From NCBI GenBank assembly GCA_038845975.1, contig JAWBQF010000004.1, positions 32,001 through 96,000 of the forward strand: a stretch of DNA of 64,000 nt, given 5' to 3'. Positions within the stretch are counted from its first letter, which is position 1. Each line of letters opens with the position of its first letter. The notes beneath the pieces were generated by a model. The model was not told the origin of the DNA. It saw nothing but the letters and a program-made list of their open reading frames with translations, and did not search any database. Below, piece by piece: positions 42,301-52,938 of the stretch. The stretch comes from Candidatus Methanomethylicia archaeon. GTDB lineage: Archaea; Thermoproteota; Methanomethylicia; CALHIW01. A program made the position numbers and the translations under genes.

Positions 42301-42924
42301 ATGCTTGAAAGACTTTCATGCAGTATTTTAGCTGGTGGAGATTCAAGTAGATTTGGATCTTATAAGGCTTTAGCAATAATTAATAACAAGTTTTTAATAA
42401 CACATATTATAGCTAAGCTTATATCTCTAATACCAGACATAGTAATTACTGTAAGTAATGACAAACAGGAGAGAATGTTAAGAGATGCTATTAAAGAATT
42501 TAATGTTAGAATAGTTATTGATAAGCCTTTAGGAATTAAAGCTCCTATTGTTGGCTTCTATACAGGACTTATTGAATCAAGAAATGATTATGTTCTACAA
42601 GTTGCTTGCGATATGCCAAACATATCAATAAAATGTATTAAGTATATGTATGAGGAAGTAATAAATCATAAGTATGATGCAGCTATACCAAAATGGAATA
42701 ACCATATTGAGCCATTGCATGCTATATACAATAGAAAAAAAACTATTAAAGTAGTTGAAGAAGTATTGTATTTAGATAAAAGACTAGATTTTAGAGCAGT
42801 AATAGATAAAATTAGTAATAAAATATTCATTCCAATTGGTGGAAAATGTCCTGAAGAAACATTCTATAATATTAACTACAAATATGAATTACTAAAACTG
42901 AATCTTCACTGTGATGATTACTAA
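42301..42924 (+). CDS. mobA: Molybdenum/tungsten cofactor guanylyltransferase
   Basis: ILAGGDSSRFGSYKA, ACDMP, EPLHAIY, FYNIN. Confidence 0.88.
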   Translation: MLERLSCSILAGGDSSRFGSYKALAIINNKFLITHIIAKLISLIPDIVITVSNDKQERMLRDAIKEFNVRIVIDKPLGIKAPIVGFYTGLIESRNDYVLQVACDMPNISIKCIKYMYEEVINHKYDAAIPKWNNHIEPLHAIYNRKKTIKVVEEVLYLDKRLDFRAVIDKISNKIFIPIGGKCPEETFYNINYKYELLKLNLHCDDY

Positions 42925-43303
42925 TAGTAGGCTCTAGATTTCTTTAAACTTAAGCATTCTTAATTATTTCATCGTAGGAAAATTCACGAATCCATTATTT
43001 CTAGTCATTTTCATAGCATTAAACCATTAACTTAGAAGCATTGAATCACATAGATGAGACTATAGTAAAGTAAGATACTGCTATATTTTCTATTTTATGT
43101 TGAAGCAGTTCTTCAATAGAAGGCTCTTATTCATATCCAAAGTTCACTACTATCTTTAAGATAAATTCTCAATAGAACTATATTATGAAATAGAATAAAA
43201 AGATTATATTTGATTTAATGTTATTAACCTAAAGAAAGATTAAAGATAGAGAATGAAGAACATCTATAATTAAGTGAGAAATGAAATTATATACTTTTAC
43301 GTT

Positions 43304-44090
43304 CCTTAATAAGATTTTGTGGTTGCTAGTATGCAGATTATTTCTAGGATTTCCATTACTGCTTTTATTGAGTTTATGTTTCTTGATCTTCTACATGTTT
43401 TGAAGGCTGTTAAATATAGGCTTACATTATCCTTACATATTTCTCTATGTATTGTTAGCTATTGTCTTAGTATTGATGCCTTATTCTTATAATTATTTAC
43501 ATGGCATTTATCTTTAATCCATTCACCATCTGAATGGTCTACGTATTCATGAATATATCCTAGCTTGCTTAAGCCCATGTACAAGTTGAAGCTATCCATG
43601 TATATCGTTGAGCTCTTCTCAACCCGTCTACCTAAGATCTTAAGAGCTGCTTGGATTCAACATTGCTTAATGGAACATAATCCCCTGCTCCTACCAGCGA
43701 TTATGAATACGTTGGCTTATCGTAACTCCATAACCCACGTCTTCTCATACTCCAGTCTTGATGGTGTTTACTATTCTAGGTTTGGTCTTATAAGATATGC
43801 ACCATTAAACTCAATCTTACCAGTCCGTACTTTTAAAGAGAGAATTATAGTAAATATATGGTTCTATGGAATTGCTTGGAGTTTTGCTTAAACATGATTA
43901 AATCTACTAAGAGTAAGTAATGGATTCTTCTTTCTTAAGAAGTTTCTAGCTTCTACTCTATTAGGTTTTATCAGCTGTTTCCCAGTTGCCTTGAAGATAT
44001 ACTACATGTCATAAAGCTCCAACATTTACACATTTTAACTTCATTTGCTGGTTCAGATGTTACAGTTTCCCATTTTTAGGGCTTATTAAT
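43304..44090 (-). mobile_element. Decayed IS1595-family element
   Basis: Minus strand reads RRVEKSSTIYMDSFNLYMGLSKLGYIHEYVDHSDGEWIKDKCHVNN, an IS1595-type pattern. Ends TTAATAAG / CTTATTAA; stops and frameshifts present. Confidence 0.75.
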
Positions 44091-44098
44091 CTTGAAAC

Positions 44099-44762
44099 GT
44101 GTTTGTCACACTGTTATTGGTATGTTTGTGTTGGTTTATATGGGGTTTCAATCCTTATAGTTTATGTGTAGAGTTACTTGTAGGGTTTGTTTAGGGTTGA
44201 ACCTCTTATTAATTCATGTTTAAGGGTTATTAAGCCCTTTACAGTTTAAGTTGAAGTTAGCTGGCGGCTTAATAGATTATTATCTTGACTTAATCTTTAG
44301 AGTTTCTTAACTGCTCATGGATTCACATAAAAGCCTATGGAGATATTGACATATGCTTTCAGAATTAGAATAGATTTAAGGTTATAGCGTGGATGAGGAT
44401 GGAGCTTATGGGTAGTAGAGTATTCATGTTTTATAGTTGGTGTTGAACGTGAATTAATATTTGTAACAGTCTACGTAGTCGTACAGTCTTAGAAGTATTG
44501 ATGATTGTTGGAAAATTAGGTTTGATGTTAAATACGTAAATGATGAAGGGTCCTAGTATAGATGTTTGAATGGATTAAGCAAAATAACATGAAAACCTTA
44601 GAATATACTTGAACAAGTATTCAAATCATTAAACATAGAATTAAAAAATTCAATAATTTCAAAGGAAAATAACAAGAACAATAAGCTAGCTACATAGCTT
44701 CACATACATACACAACCTAACAACAAGCATAAAACAAGGAGTGATGATAGTGTGGCAAACAT
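44099..44762 (+). mobile_element. Decayed IS6-family element, second subfamily (664 bp)
   Basis: 14-bp TIR GTGTTTGTCACACT / AGTGTGGCAAACAT. Perfect 8-bp TSD CTTGAAAC at 44091-44098 and 44763-44770. Remnant EQVFKSL..RIKKFNNF. Confidence 0.8.
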
Positions 44763-44990
44763 CTTGAAACTACCTTGTGAGCTCAAGCAATCAATTACAT
44801 GTACTTCTCACATCTAAAGTTCACAAAGCCCTTAAGGCTATTTAATCTCAGATATTCATTCAACATTGTAAACATTGTCTAAATAACAATTTCAAAAATA
44901 TCTTATCCTTTCAATACTATTTAGACTTGTTCATTCATTTCATAACTAAAGTTAGGATTTCTAAGCAGAATTTTATAACGGCCACCATGA

Positions 44991-45908
44991 CTATTTAGTA
45001 GCACGACCACATCGAGTACAGAAAACAGAGCCTTCAGGTATTTCAGCTCCACAATAGCTACATTTTACATATTTTACTGATGGAAGTAATGTAAATCTCC
45101 TCTCTCTAATACCTTCATATTTCTTAGCTACTAGAACTGCTACTTCAAGCAGTATAATCATAGGTATGAATAGTGCTAAATCAGCTAATGGACCGCCATT
45201 AGGTGTTATAATCGCTGTAAGTATAAACAATACTGCATATATGTATCGTCTTCTTTTAGTTACAATGGTAGTATCTATAAAGCCAAGCTTTACAAGAATA
45301 ACAAAGATAACTGGTATCGTAAATGATAGTCCAGTCATTAAAACTGTAAAGAATATTACATTGTAGAAATCAATTACAGAAATGAATGCTTGAGCACCAA
45401 CTATATAATAGAATGGAAGCATAGCCCATATTAAGAATGGACATAAAATGAAAAAGCCGAAAAGCCCACCAACAATGAACAGTATTGTGAATGAGGTTAT
45501 GAATGGATATATCATTTTTCTTTCATGTGGATATAGAGCAGGATCTATAAACTTGTAAGCCTCATACGCTATAACAGGCATAGATACAATTACACCGAAT
45601 AATATTGATGTTAAAACATAAAGTTCAAGAGGAGCAGTAATCTCTACAGCTATAAGCTCTATTCGAGTTGAGTTTAAGGAATGGAATAGAAATGAGGATT
45701 CTAAAATATATGATCTAATATTTCTAAGAATTAAGCCTATTAAAGGCTCATAGAAGCCTAAAGGATCCTTTATAAAGTCGATGTTTGCCGGAAGAACCAT
45801 CATTGCAATGGATGACATTAATAAACAGTATACTACGACTTTTAATCTAGCCTTAAGTTCTTCAATATGCTCTGAGAAAGCCATTTCATTAGACAATATA
45901 GACCACAT
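44991..45908 (-). CDS. tatC: Twin-arginine translocase TatC with C-terminal zinc ribbon
   Basis: EHIEELKARL, FIDPALYPHE, RRRYIY..AIITP..D..LF.PM..L.E, then CSYCG..CTRCG. Confidence 0.9.
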   Translation of the reverse strand: MWSILSNEMAFSEHIEELKARLKVVVYCLLMSSIAMMVLPANIDFIKDPLGFYEPLIGLILRNIRSYILESSFLFHSLNSTRIELIAVEITAPLELYVLTSILFGVIVSMPVIAYEAYKFIDPALYPHERKMIYPFITSFTILFIVGGLFGFFILCPFLIWAMLPFYYIVGAQAFISVIDFYNVIFFTVLMTGLSFTIPVIFVILVKLGFIDTTIVTKRRRYIYAVLFILTAIITPNGGPLADLALFIPMIILLEVAVLVAKKYEGIRERRFTLLPSVKYVKCSYCGAEIPEGSVFCTRCGRATK

Positions 45909-46033
45909 TAAATGCTATCTACACTAAGGTTTTAAACTTTTAGGCCTAGCTTAAACATGACTTATTTTCAATAATATTAATAAAGCTGTTTAAGCTAAGC
46001 TTAAGATTAGTTAAATTGCGGTAAACTACTAAA

Positions 46034-46318
46034 CTACCTAGCACGTGTCTTCTCAAGTATTTCTTGTACTATTTGTTCACGTGTTTTACCTTCAGTTTTT
46101 ATACCGAGATTTTTAGCAATTTCTATTATTCTTTCATCTGTTGTTGAAGATTTTTTAATTTCATCCTCAATACCTTTAGAAGCCTTTTCAAACTCCTTCT
46201 TCGCTAGTCCTATTGATCTAGCAAGCTCCGGAAGCTTCTGAGGACCCCATAGGAATATAACTACTATTAACACAATCACGATAATCCATTCCCAATTCAT
46301 TATCGCTAACGGTATCAC
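46034..46318 (-). CDS. tatA: Twin-arginine translocase TatA
   Basis: EWIIV..LWGPQKLPELARSIGLAKKEFEKA. Confidence 0.92.
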   Translation of the reverse strand: MIPLAIMNWEWIIVIVLIVVIFLWGPQKLPELARSIGLAKKEFEKASKGIEDEIKKSSTTDERIIEIAKNLGIKTEGKTREQIVQEILEKTRAR

Positions 46319-46487
46319 AATTCCACCTAAATATAACTTTAGAAAGATGAATTTAAACTTATCTATCTTAATAGTTAATTACTTATCATACTAGACTTAA
46401 ATTAGAAGTTGTAAAGCAAATTAAACTATTTAAACTTACATATTGGGTGTTTTAAATTGTTTCATGCTAGATATGATTATTAGTGAT

Positions 46488-46739
46488 ATGATGTTACTGG
46501 ACTTATCAGATTTAATTAATAAAATTGATGAGTTCTTTAACGCTCTTGAACAGATAGCATCAGAATTTTTCACTCGTGCAAATCTACTTATCTTAGCAAT
46601 TGCAAGAATATCCTATATTACGTTAGCTACAGCCGGCTTTCTATTGTACTTTTCAGGTATTGATAGGTATAGAGGGAAAAATCTGATGATAGGTGGACTA
46701 ATCTTAGCATTAATAACAGAGTTTATGGGGGCAGCATAA
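46488..46739 (+). CDS. Small two-TM membrane protein, VirB2/CedA1 pilin-like
   Basis: Amphipathic N-terminal helix, then TM-(SGIDRYRGK)-TM. The start codon is uncertain. Confidence 0.5.
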   Translation: MMLLDLSDLINKIDEFFNALEQIASEFFTRANLLILAIARISYITLATAGFLLYFSGIDRYRGKNLMIGGLILALITEFMGAA

Positions 46740-47338
46740 TTATACATCTAAAGTCACTATGGTGTTACATCTAACCTATATCTTATCCTTAAAAGCTAAC
46801 CATTTTTAGCTTATTGGAAATATTCTTGTACTCTTAACTTTAGCCTTCTCCTCATAGCTTAGATTCCTGCACTTCTAAGGTCTTCTACAAATTATTCCAG
46901 TATCTTTAAGTATATTTCATACATGACCCTTATCTCTTAAAGTCTTTTACTAAGTGCTATAATGGAATCCTAACATCTCGGTTATTTCTAGGTATAAGAC
47001 TGAATCTTTAGAATTAACCATACTCTTTCTACTCTACTTGCTTATCTTTACTTTCATCTTAATTTTAAACTTATTCTTGGGAAATTATACACTTTATAAT
47101 GCTCATCCTATTTGTATATGCCTTCTAAATATAAGCTTTGATAAGATTCCTGTATGAGAATCCCATCAGATCTCACTATATGTCCCTTCTATACTCATGA
47201 AATCTTGGTTTTACTTAGAAAGTCTTTTAACACTACTTTACTAATCTCAGAAAACATAAGCCTCTAGATCCCTAAAATATAGTATTCTAGCAAATATGTA
47301 AGCATCATATTAAAATGGACTTAACTGATTACACTAAT

Positions 47339-47791
47339 TTAAATGCTAGAGTGATTAAGCTGCATTAATGTCTCTACTCTACTTACTACTCTATACATAT
47401 TCCAGTATACAGTTTTAGTTAGTTTAACAATTGCTGATGCCAATAATTCAGCTGTAGTTCTATCAAGGATTTCACTCACGCTTAAACCATTAATTTTACA
47501 GATAGATAGTAATTCCTCACATACTCTAAATATTAACCAAGACCTTAATAGTATAACTTTAACATACTTTCCCTCATACTCTTTAAATAACCTAACAGTA
47601 CTAGCCAGTAATTTTCTAAAAATTTCTTCATTTATATGATTACCATCTATGTTTAGGAGGTGTTGAAGATGTTGAAAACATAGCTTAATACATTCATTAG
47701 AGTTTATAACAGCATCTACAAATTGTAGCTTATTTAATTTTCTCTCAGCAATGATTAATACTTCATAAGCTTGGTCAAAAGCAGCAGTCAT
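47339..47791 (-). CDS. Divergent HEPN-like all-helical protein
   Basis: AYEVL.IAER.L....F.DAV..S.ECIKL resembles a HEPN N-terminus; no clear RxxxxH motif. Confidence 0.45.
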   Translation of the reverse strand: MTAAFDQAYEVLIIAERKLNKLQFVDAVINSNECIKLCFQHLQHLLNIDGNHINEEIFRKLLASTVRLFKEYEGKYVKVILLRSWLIFRVCEELLSICKINGLSVSEILDRTTAELLASAIVKLTKTVYWNMYRVVSRVETLMQLNHSSI

Positions 47792-48169
47792 CTTAACTCT
47801 ACTGAAGTTCTCATTAGAGTTTATATAATTACATCAAACTAAGCATAATTATAAGTTAACATATTATCACGCATGAAAGTTACTATCATACCATAATGTA
47901 ATTATATTAACTTTACTTGGAGATGCTTCTTCATTCTTAGAGAGGATGTTTATGATTATCCAAGTTCTGAATGTTTACCTCATATAATAGGAAATTCTAG
48001 TAATTGCTTATATACAATATAGCTAGATAAGATTATCCGGTAAAAAGCATTGTAAATTAAATAAATGGTCTTGTAAATAGTTAGTAAGCTTTTTAATCAT
48101 TAAAGAATATTATAGTAGAATTATAGATACATAGTGATAATTATATAGTATAAGTTAAGTATACTGATT

Positions 48170-48673
48170 ATGAGGAAATGGAAGGCAAATATACCGGAAT
48201 CAGAAGGAACATACATATTAGTTATGGAGGTAGCTAGTGATTTTAATATTAAGATAGGATGTCTTGGAAAACATGAATTAAAAGAAGGAATATACATGTA
48301 CGTAGGTAGTGCTAGAGGACCTGGTGGATTGAAAGCTAGGATTTATAGACATTTAAGATTAAATAAAAGAATAAGATGGCATATAGATTATTTAACGGTA
48401 AATCCAAAGGTTAAGATTAAAGCTGTATTTTACCTTAAATCCAAGACTTTACTTGAAACCATAGTAGCTAGGAGATTGCTTAGCAGTAATTTTTTTGAAG
48501 GAGTAATAAAGGGATTTGGATGTACTGATAGGAAAAATAGCTATACACATCTGTATAAGTTGAAGAATATAAATTCAATTGAAGAATTAATGAAAGAATT
48601 AATGAGAATAGTTGGAGATATATGTCGTGGAGAACAAGGATTCATAATTATTAACGACACTACGTTGGTGTAA
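48170..48673 (+). CDS. GIY-YIG (Uri superfamily, DUF123) nuclease
   Basis: GTYILV, GIYMYVGSARGPGGLKARIYRH, RWHIDYL, GFGCTD. Confidence 0.88.
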   Translation: MRKWKANIPESEGTYILVMEVASDFNIKIGCLGKHELKEGIYMYVGSARGPGGLKARIYRHLRLNKRIRWHIDYLTVNPKVKIKAVFYLKSKTLLETIVARRLLSSNFFEGVIKGFGCTDRKNSYTHLYKLKNINSIEELMKELMRIVGDICRGEQGFIIINDTTLV

Positions 48674-48686
48674 GATGAGATAAGTA

Positions 48687-49427
48687 TTAGCTTTCACTCA
48701 TCCTAATTCTTTTTACCTCGTTTATTATCATTAAAAACGGTGAAGCATATATATGTACTAGTGGGCTAAATGGAACATACATTACTAGAGTCTGTACAAG
48801 TATTGAATGAAATAATAGTAGGTTAATGTCAGGTATATGTTCTAATCTTAATGTGAATCCTGGAGGTATTACAATTACTTTTTCCTCAGTAATAAATGGA
48901 GAAAACCTCATCAAATTCCCAGTTACAATCACTAAAATTAACAAAAGAAGAACAATATAATTACCTAAACTTGAAACTGATCTTAAATAAATTAACCTAT
49001 ACATTACTAGGATTATTAGTGCTGTCATGACTACAATTCCAAGTATTGTTGGAAGAGTATATTTAAGAAATTCCTTAGGCGCTATCCATGTAAACCATTC
49101 TAGGGACCATACTCCAAAACCGCGAAGATGCCCAAATATTATGAAAAGCACAGGTATATGAAAAGCTATCCAAGACACTATCCAAAGCTTATATGAGCCT
49201 CTTAATAGCTTAAACTGCAATACATATCTTGAAATAGTTGATATTAAAGATTGTAAAACAATGGATAATGTTAACTCTTTAAGTGGTAATACATTATCCC
49301 TAACAAAAACGCTATATGTATGCTTAATCCATGAAGATATTTTAAGAGTTACACCTAAAGTAAAAACTATATAAGTAATTAATGGGAGAATTCTAAACGT
49401 AACTATTTCCAGATACTGAGAAAGCAT
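48687..49427 (-). CDS. NarI/DsrM/HmeC-like diheme cytochrome b membrane protein
   Basis: FH..LFIIFGHLRG, LLILVIVTGNLMRF, FHS..Y.PFS.L.H; 5-6 TM segments with four His. Confidence 0.8.
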   Translation of the reverse strand: MLSQYLEIVTFRILPLITYIVFTLGVTLKISSWIKHTYSVFVRDNVLPLKELTLSIVLQSLISTISRYVLQFKLLRGSYKLWIVSWIAFHIPVLFIIFGHLRGFGVWSLEWFTWIAPKEFLKYTLPTILGIVVMTALIILVMYRLIYLRSVSSLGNYIVLLLLILVIVTGNLMRFSPFITEEKVIVIPPGFTLRLEHIPDINLLLFHSILVQTLVMYVPFSPLVHIYASPFLMIINEVKRIRMSES

Positions 49428-49541
49428 AACTACACAACTAGAAGTAGCTTATAAAGTTACTTCTTTCACACCTATCTCATTAACTTAAGCTATCAACTAC
49501 ACATATACTATACATGTGAAACTCAAGAGTCTTCATATTTA

Positions 49542-49950
49542 CCTTATGAACTTTAGCTTTATTTTAGTTTCTCTCTCTTATTTATGGTGTCAGTATGGTT
49601 AAAGTTGTTAGGTCTGTTAGCGAGAACTCCATTTACTATAGCTTTATGATGCTTACATATTTCCATTCATGTTCATCTAGAATGGCTTCGAATATTTTAA
49701 ACTTCATTACTACAGGAGTTGTACATCTATATTATGTCTTACTTTAATCTCTCTATTTGAATTTAATAATAATGTTAGGTAATTACAGTTAATGATACAG
49801 GTTTAGGGAATAGTAGCTTAATGGAGAGAATAATATATTAGAATTGATAAAAATGTATAAGTAACTATTTGATTTCACAATTCATGTATTCGTCATAAAG
49901 AATCCTTCCTTATAATAGTTTTAGATATTAATAGTTTAGTTTCCATATTC
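49542..49950 (+). mobile_element. Left-hand fragment of the IS6-type element
   Basis: gaactttagctttatt...ttatttatggt...gagaactccatttact, matching the reverse complement of 18770-18900. The right boundary is approximate. Confidence 0.65.
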
Positions 49951-50111
49951 TGAATTCATATCTTCACCTAATAATTTTAAGTATATTAGCACATATCCAG
50001 GATGAAGTGGAGAAATCTACATAGAAATTATTGACTCATAAATACTTATATTTTAATGATGGATGGAAATGATGATTTTGGATAGTAAAGTTGTGGAGTT
50101 AAAAAATTCAG

Positions 50112-51605
50112 TTACTCCTTAAAAGATAGTACATATGCTAGTGGAATTGATAATAAAGTTATTATTCCTAGAAGCCATGCTGCCGGTGCCCAAGGTACTT
50201 CAGGATATGAGTATGGATACTTTACATAGGACATTCCCAATACTCCGGATATTAATGTTAAAACACCAATGATTGCTAGAGCTACTAGAGGATTCTTATT
50301 AACTTTTAGCTGTAATTCTGAGTTTTCTAAGGTTTCATGAGACCCTATAATGGCTAGTTCAACTATTGGAAATAGTTTAATAAACACGGTATAAATTAAT
50401 GCTGCTATAGCATATCCTCCAATTATAAGTGAGAATTCAACCCATGTTGGTATATATATACCTAGTGGATACGGTAGCTCCGGTCTTAAAAGTACAGGAA
50501 TAACTATTATAATCCTCTTAATCCATAATCCAATATTAATTAGAGTAGCAGCTAAAACAATAAGCTTTATACTGAAAAATTTAGGTATAAATGTATAAAT
50601 TGAAAGCATAATAAATGGAATAGCTAATGTTATGATTACTACAAACCAATATAAGGCTGCATAATCTCCGAAAAAGAGAATGTTTGAAACCTCTTTTTCA
50701 CGTGCTGGACCCAAATATCTTATTGTAACCTGCTCACATATCATGAAGTATATGTATATTGCTAAAACAACTCTAAGAAAATTGGATAAAATCCTAAATA
50801 TTTGAGGAGTTATAAGAAATTCCCACTGGAAAATTTTTCTGAAAACAGCAGCAACCATTATAATTGTTGCAACACCTGAAGCAATAGCTCCGGTTACGAA
50901 ATAAGGCCCGAAAAATGGATTATACCATCCAGGCCTAACCATTAAGCCGAAAACCCAAGATACAACAGTATGAACACTTACCATTATTGGAAGTATTACT
51001 AGAGCAAGCCACCATGCTGCTTTCTCATGAGCTTTCCTGGATAATACATCATACTTATATCTTAATGAAGCTATTTTATACAACCATGATCTCTTTATAA
51101 GATGTTTAGCACATAATGCTATATCCTCCCTCATCGTTACATAAAGATATATTATTGTTGCTACTAGATATGTTGTTATTGAGGTCATATCCCACACTAG
51201 AACTGAAAGCCATCTTCCATAAGCAAACATATTAAGAACTCTTTCAGGCCTACCTAAATCAAAAAGTACATTCATAAAAGCTATAATTAGGCTAACAGCT
51301 GTTAATAATTCAGCCATTCTAACAATAGGCTTAAGAACTACAACTCTTAACAGTCTGACACCAGCAGAAATAGCTATACCAGCATGACTAACACCTATTA
51401 GAAAAACGAAATTAGCTATATATAATCCATAAATAACATAGTCTCTCATACCTGTAACTCCAAGTCCATAATATAACTGAATATACCAGGCATATAGAAA
51501 CCACACAATAGTTACCGCTAATACCGAGATAAATATGTAAAATTTCCTTGATGTATATGTAAGAGGTCTTAATACTTTACTAAGTTCATTTCCACTATAA
51601 CTCAT
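50112..51605 (-). CDS. NrfD/DsrP/ActC-family quinone-interacting membrane subunit
   Basis: GLGVTGM, YIANFVFLIGVSHAG, DLGRPER, SVLVWD, VHTVVSW, PYFVTGAIASG, KLFPIV. Confidence 0.9.
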   Translation of the reverse strand: MSYSGNELSKVLRPLTYTSRKFYIFISVLAVTIVWFLYAWYIQLYYGLGVTGMRDYVIYGLYIANFVFLIGVSHAGIAISAGVRLLRVVVLKPIVRMAELLTAVSLIIAFMNVLFDLGRPERVLNMFAYGRWLSVLVWDMTSITTYLVATIIYLYVTMREDIALCAKHLIKRSWLYKIASLRYKYDVLSRKAHEKAAWWLALVILPIMVSVHTVVSWVFGLMVRPGWYNPFFGPYFVTGAIASGVATIIMVAAVFRKIFQWEFLITPQIFRILSNFLRVVLAIYIYFMICEQVTIRYLGPAREKEVSNILFFGDYAALYWFVVIITLAIPFIMLSIYTFIPKFFSIKLIVLAATLINIGLWIKRIIIVIPVLLRPELPYPLGIYIPTWVEFSLIIGGYAIAALIYTVFIKLFPIVELAIIGSHETLENSELQLKVNKNPLVALAIIGVLTLISGVLGMSYVKYPYSYPEVPWAPAAWLLGIITLLSIPLAYVLSFKE

Positions 51606-52381
51606 TTAGATCCCCTATTAATATAGTAAATACGTGGCTTATATCCAAGATCTTCCCTAAGTCTGAATGATACGTTTTCCCTTATGAGCTTTGATACTTC
51701 GCTTTCAGGATCGTTTAAATCACCGAAATATCTAGCACCTGTTGGACATTCAACAACACATCTAGGTTTTAACCCACGTGTAACTCGATGAGGACAGAAA
51801 ATACACTTTTCTACAACTCCAGCAGGTCTAGGTGGGAGAGCATTAGGATTTAGCTCACCTTCAGGTACTTGAGGCCAAACCCAATTAAAACGTCTAGCAT
51901 TATATGGGCAGGCAGCCATACATAATCTGCATCCAATACATCTCCTATGATCTATCCAAACAACCCCAGTTTCAAGTTTAAAGGTTGCACCTACAGGACA
52001 TACTTTAACACATGGTGGGTCATCGCATTGCATACATTGAACAGGTATATACCATTTACCCTCTTCGGTTTCGCTATAGCATTCATCACCAACATCTATA
52101 TCAAGTATACCACGAGGTAAAGCGTAGACCTTAATATAGCTGAATCCAGAATTTCTACCTATATTATTCTCCTTAATACACGCATACATGCATATCCTAC
52201 ATCCAATACATTTAGATAGATCTATTACCATAGCGTACTTGGGAAATACGTTATTTTTAGAATCTATACCACTAGCTTCACTGCCAATCTTAATGGATTC
52301 TGTAAAAATTTTTGATGTAAGTAGGAGAATGGGAGCTGTACATAGTATTTTTAGGAAGCCCCTCCTACTTACATTACCCAT
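51602..52381 (-). CDS. Tat-exported 4x[4Fe-4S] electron-transfer subunit (NrfC/DsrO type)
   Basis: SRRGFLK Tat signal; CIGCRIC..AC, CMQCDDPPCVKVCP, CIGCRLCMAACP, EKCIFC..PRCVVECP. Confidence 0.92.
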   Translation of the reverse strand: MGNVSRRGFLKILCTAPILLLTSKIFTESIKIGSEASGIDSKNNVFPKYAMVIDLSKCIGCRICMYACIKENNIGRNSGFSYIKVYALPRGILDIDVGDECYSETEEGKWYIPVQCMQCDDPPCVKVCPVGATFKLETGVVWIDHRRCIGCRLCMAACPYNARRFNWVWPQVPEGELNPNALPPRPAGVVEKCIFCPHRVTRGLKPRCVVECPTGARYFGDLNDPESEVSKLIRENVSFRLREDLGYKPRIYYINRGSK

Positions 52382-52385
52382 TGCA

Positions 52386-52904
52386 TCACCCTAAGTTAGG
52401 TTTAGCTAAAAAAAATATTAGAATAGCTATTAGTGCTAATAATAGAATGATATATTGGTATTTTGGAGGAATTGGGCTTGGAGTAGTTAATGGTGGCTGG
52501 AGAGTAACATCTTCCAGTCGTGATGGACGTACTATCCATGAGGATTCCCATGTATAATTAATTGTAGTGTGAACAGTTTCACTCCATAGATTAGGCTCTT
52601 TAGCATGGCATTGACTACACTGTATTGCTTTATCTTTAATTATTGTACCGTTTAGTAGGCATAGTGCTCCATGGTTTGGTTCAATGGGCCAGCTAACAAT
52701 ATGGCAGAGAGAGCATACCTTCGGTTCATCTCCAAGTTTACTATGATTACCTAAATATATGTATCTATGACATCCATAGCAATAAGGCTCTTGTGGTGAA
52801 ACATATGGTGGAATGCTTAATGCTAGTATTAGTACAATACATAATCCTAGAAGTAGAACTATAATAAGACGTGGGTAATCAGTAAGTACTTTAACAATAC
52901 TCAT
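52386..52904 (-). CDS. Membrane-anchored triheme cytochrome c
   Basis: Three CxxCH motifs (CYGCH, CSLCH, CSQCH); TM helices at both termini. Confidence 0.82.
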   Translation of the reverse strand: MSIVKVLTDYPRLIIVLLLGLCIVLILALSIPPYVSPQEPYCYGCHRYIYLGNHSKLGDEPKVCSLCHIVSWPIEPNHGALCLLNGTIIKDKAIQCSQCHAKEPNLWSETVHTTINYTWESSWIVRPSRLEDVTLQPPLTTPSPIPPKYQYIILLLALIAILIFFLAKPNLG

Positions 52905-52938
52905 AAAATCACCTCCTATAATAGTTTAATAATCATAA

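Noticed and set aside
43565-43891. 108-aa plus-strand ORF
   Set aside because: It is the antisense shadow of the IS1595 transposase remnant.
46760-47300. Possible decayed toxin-antitoxin (HEPN/MNT) genes
   Set aside because: Only vague fragments with many stops; I cannot support a call.
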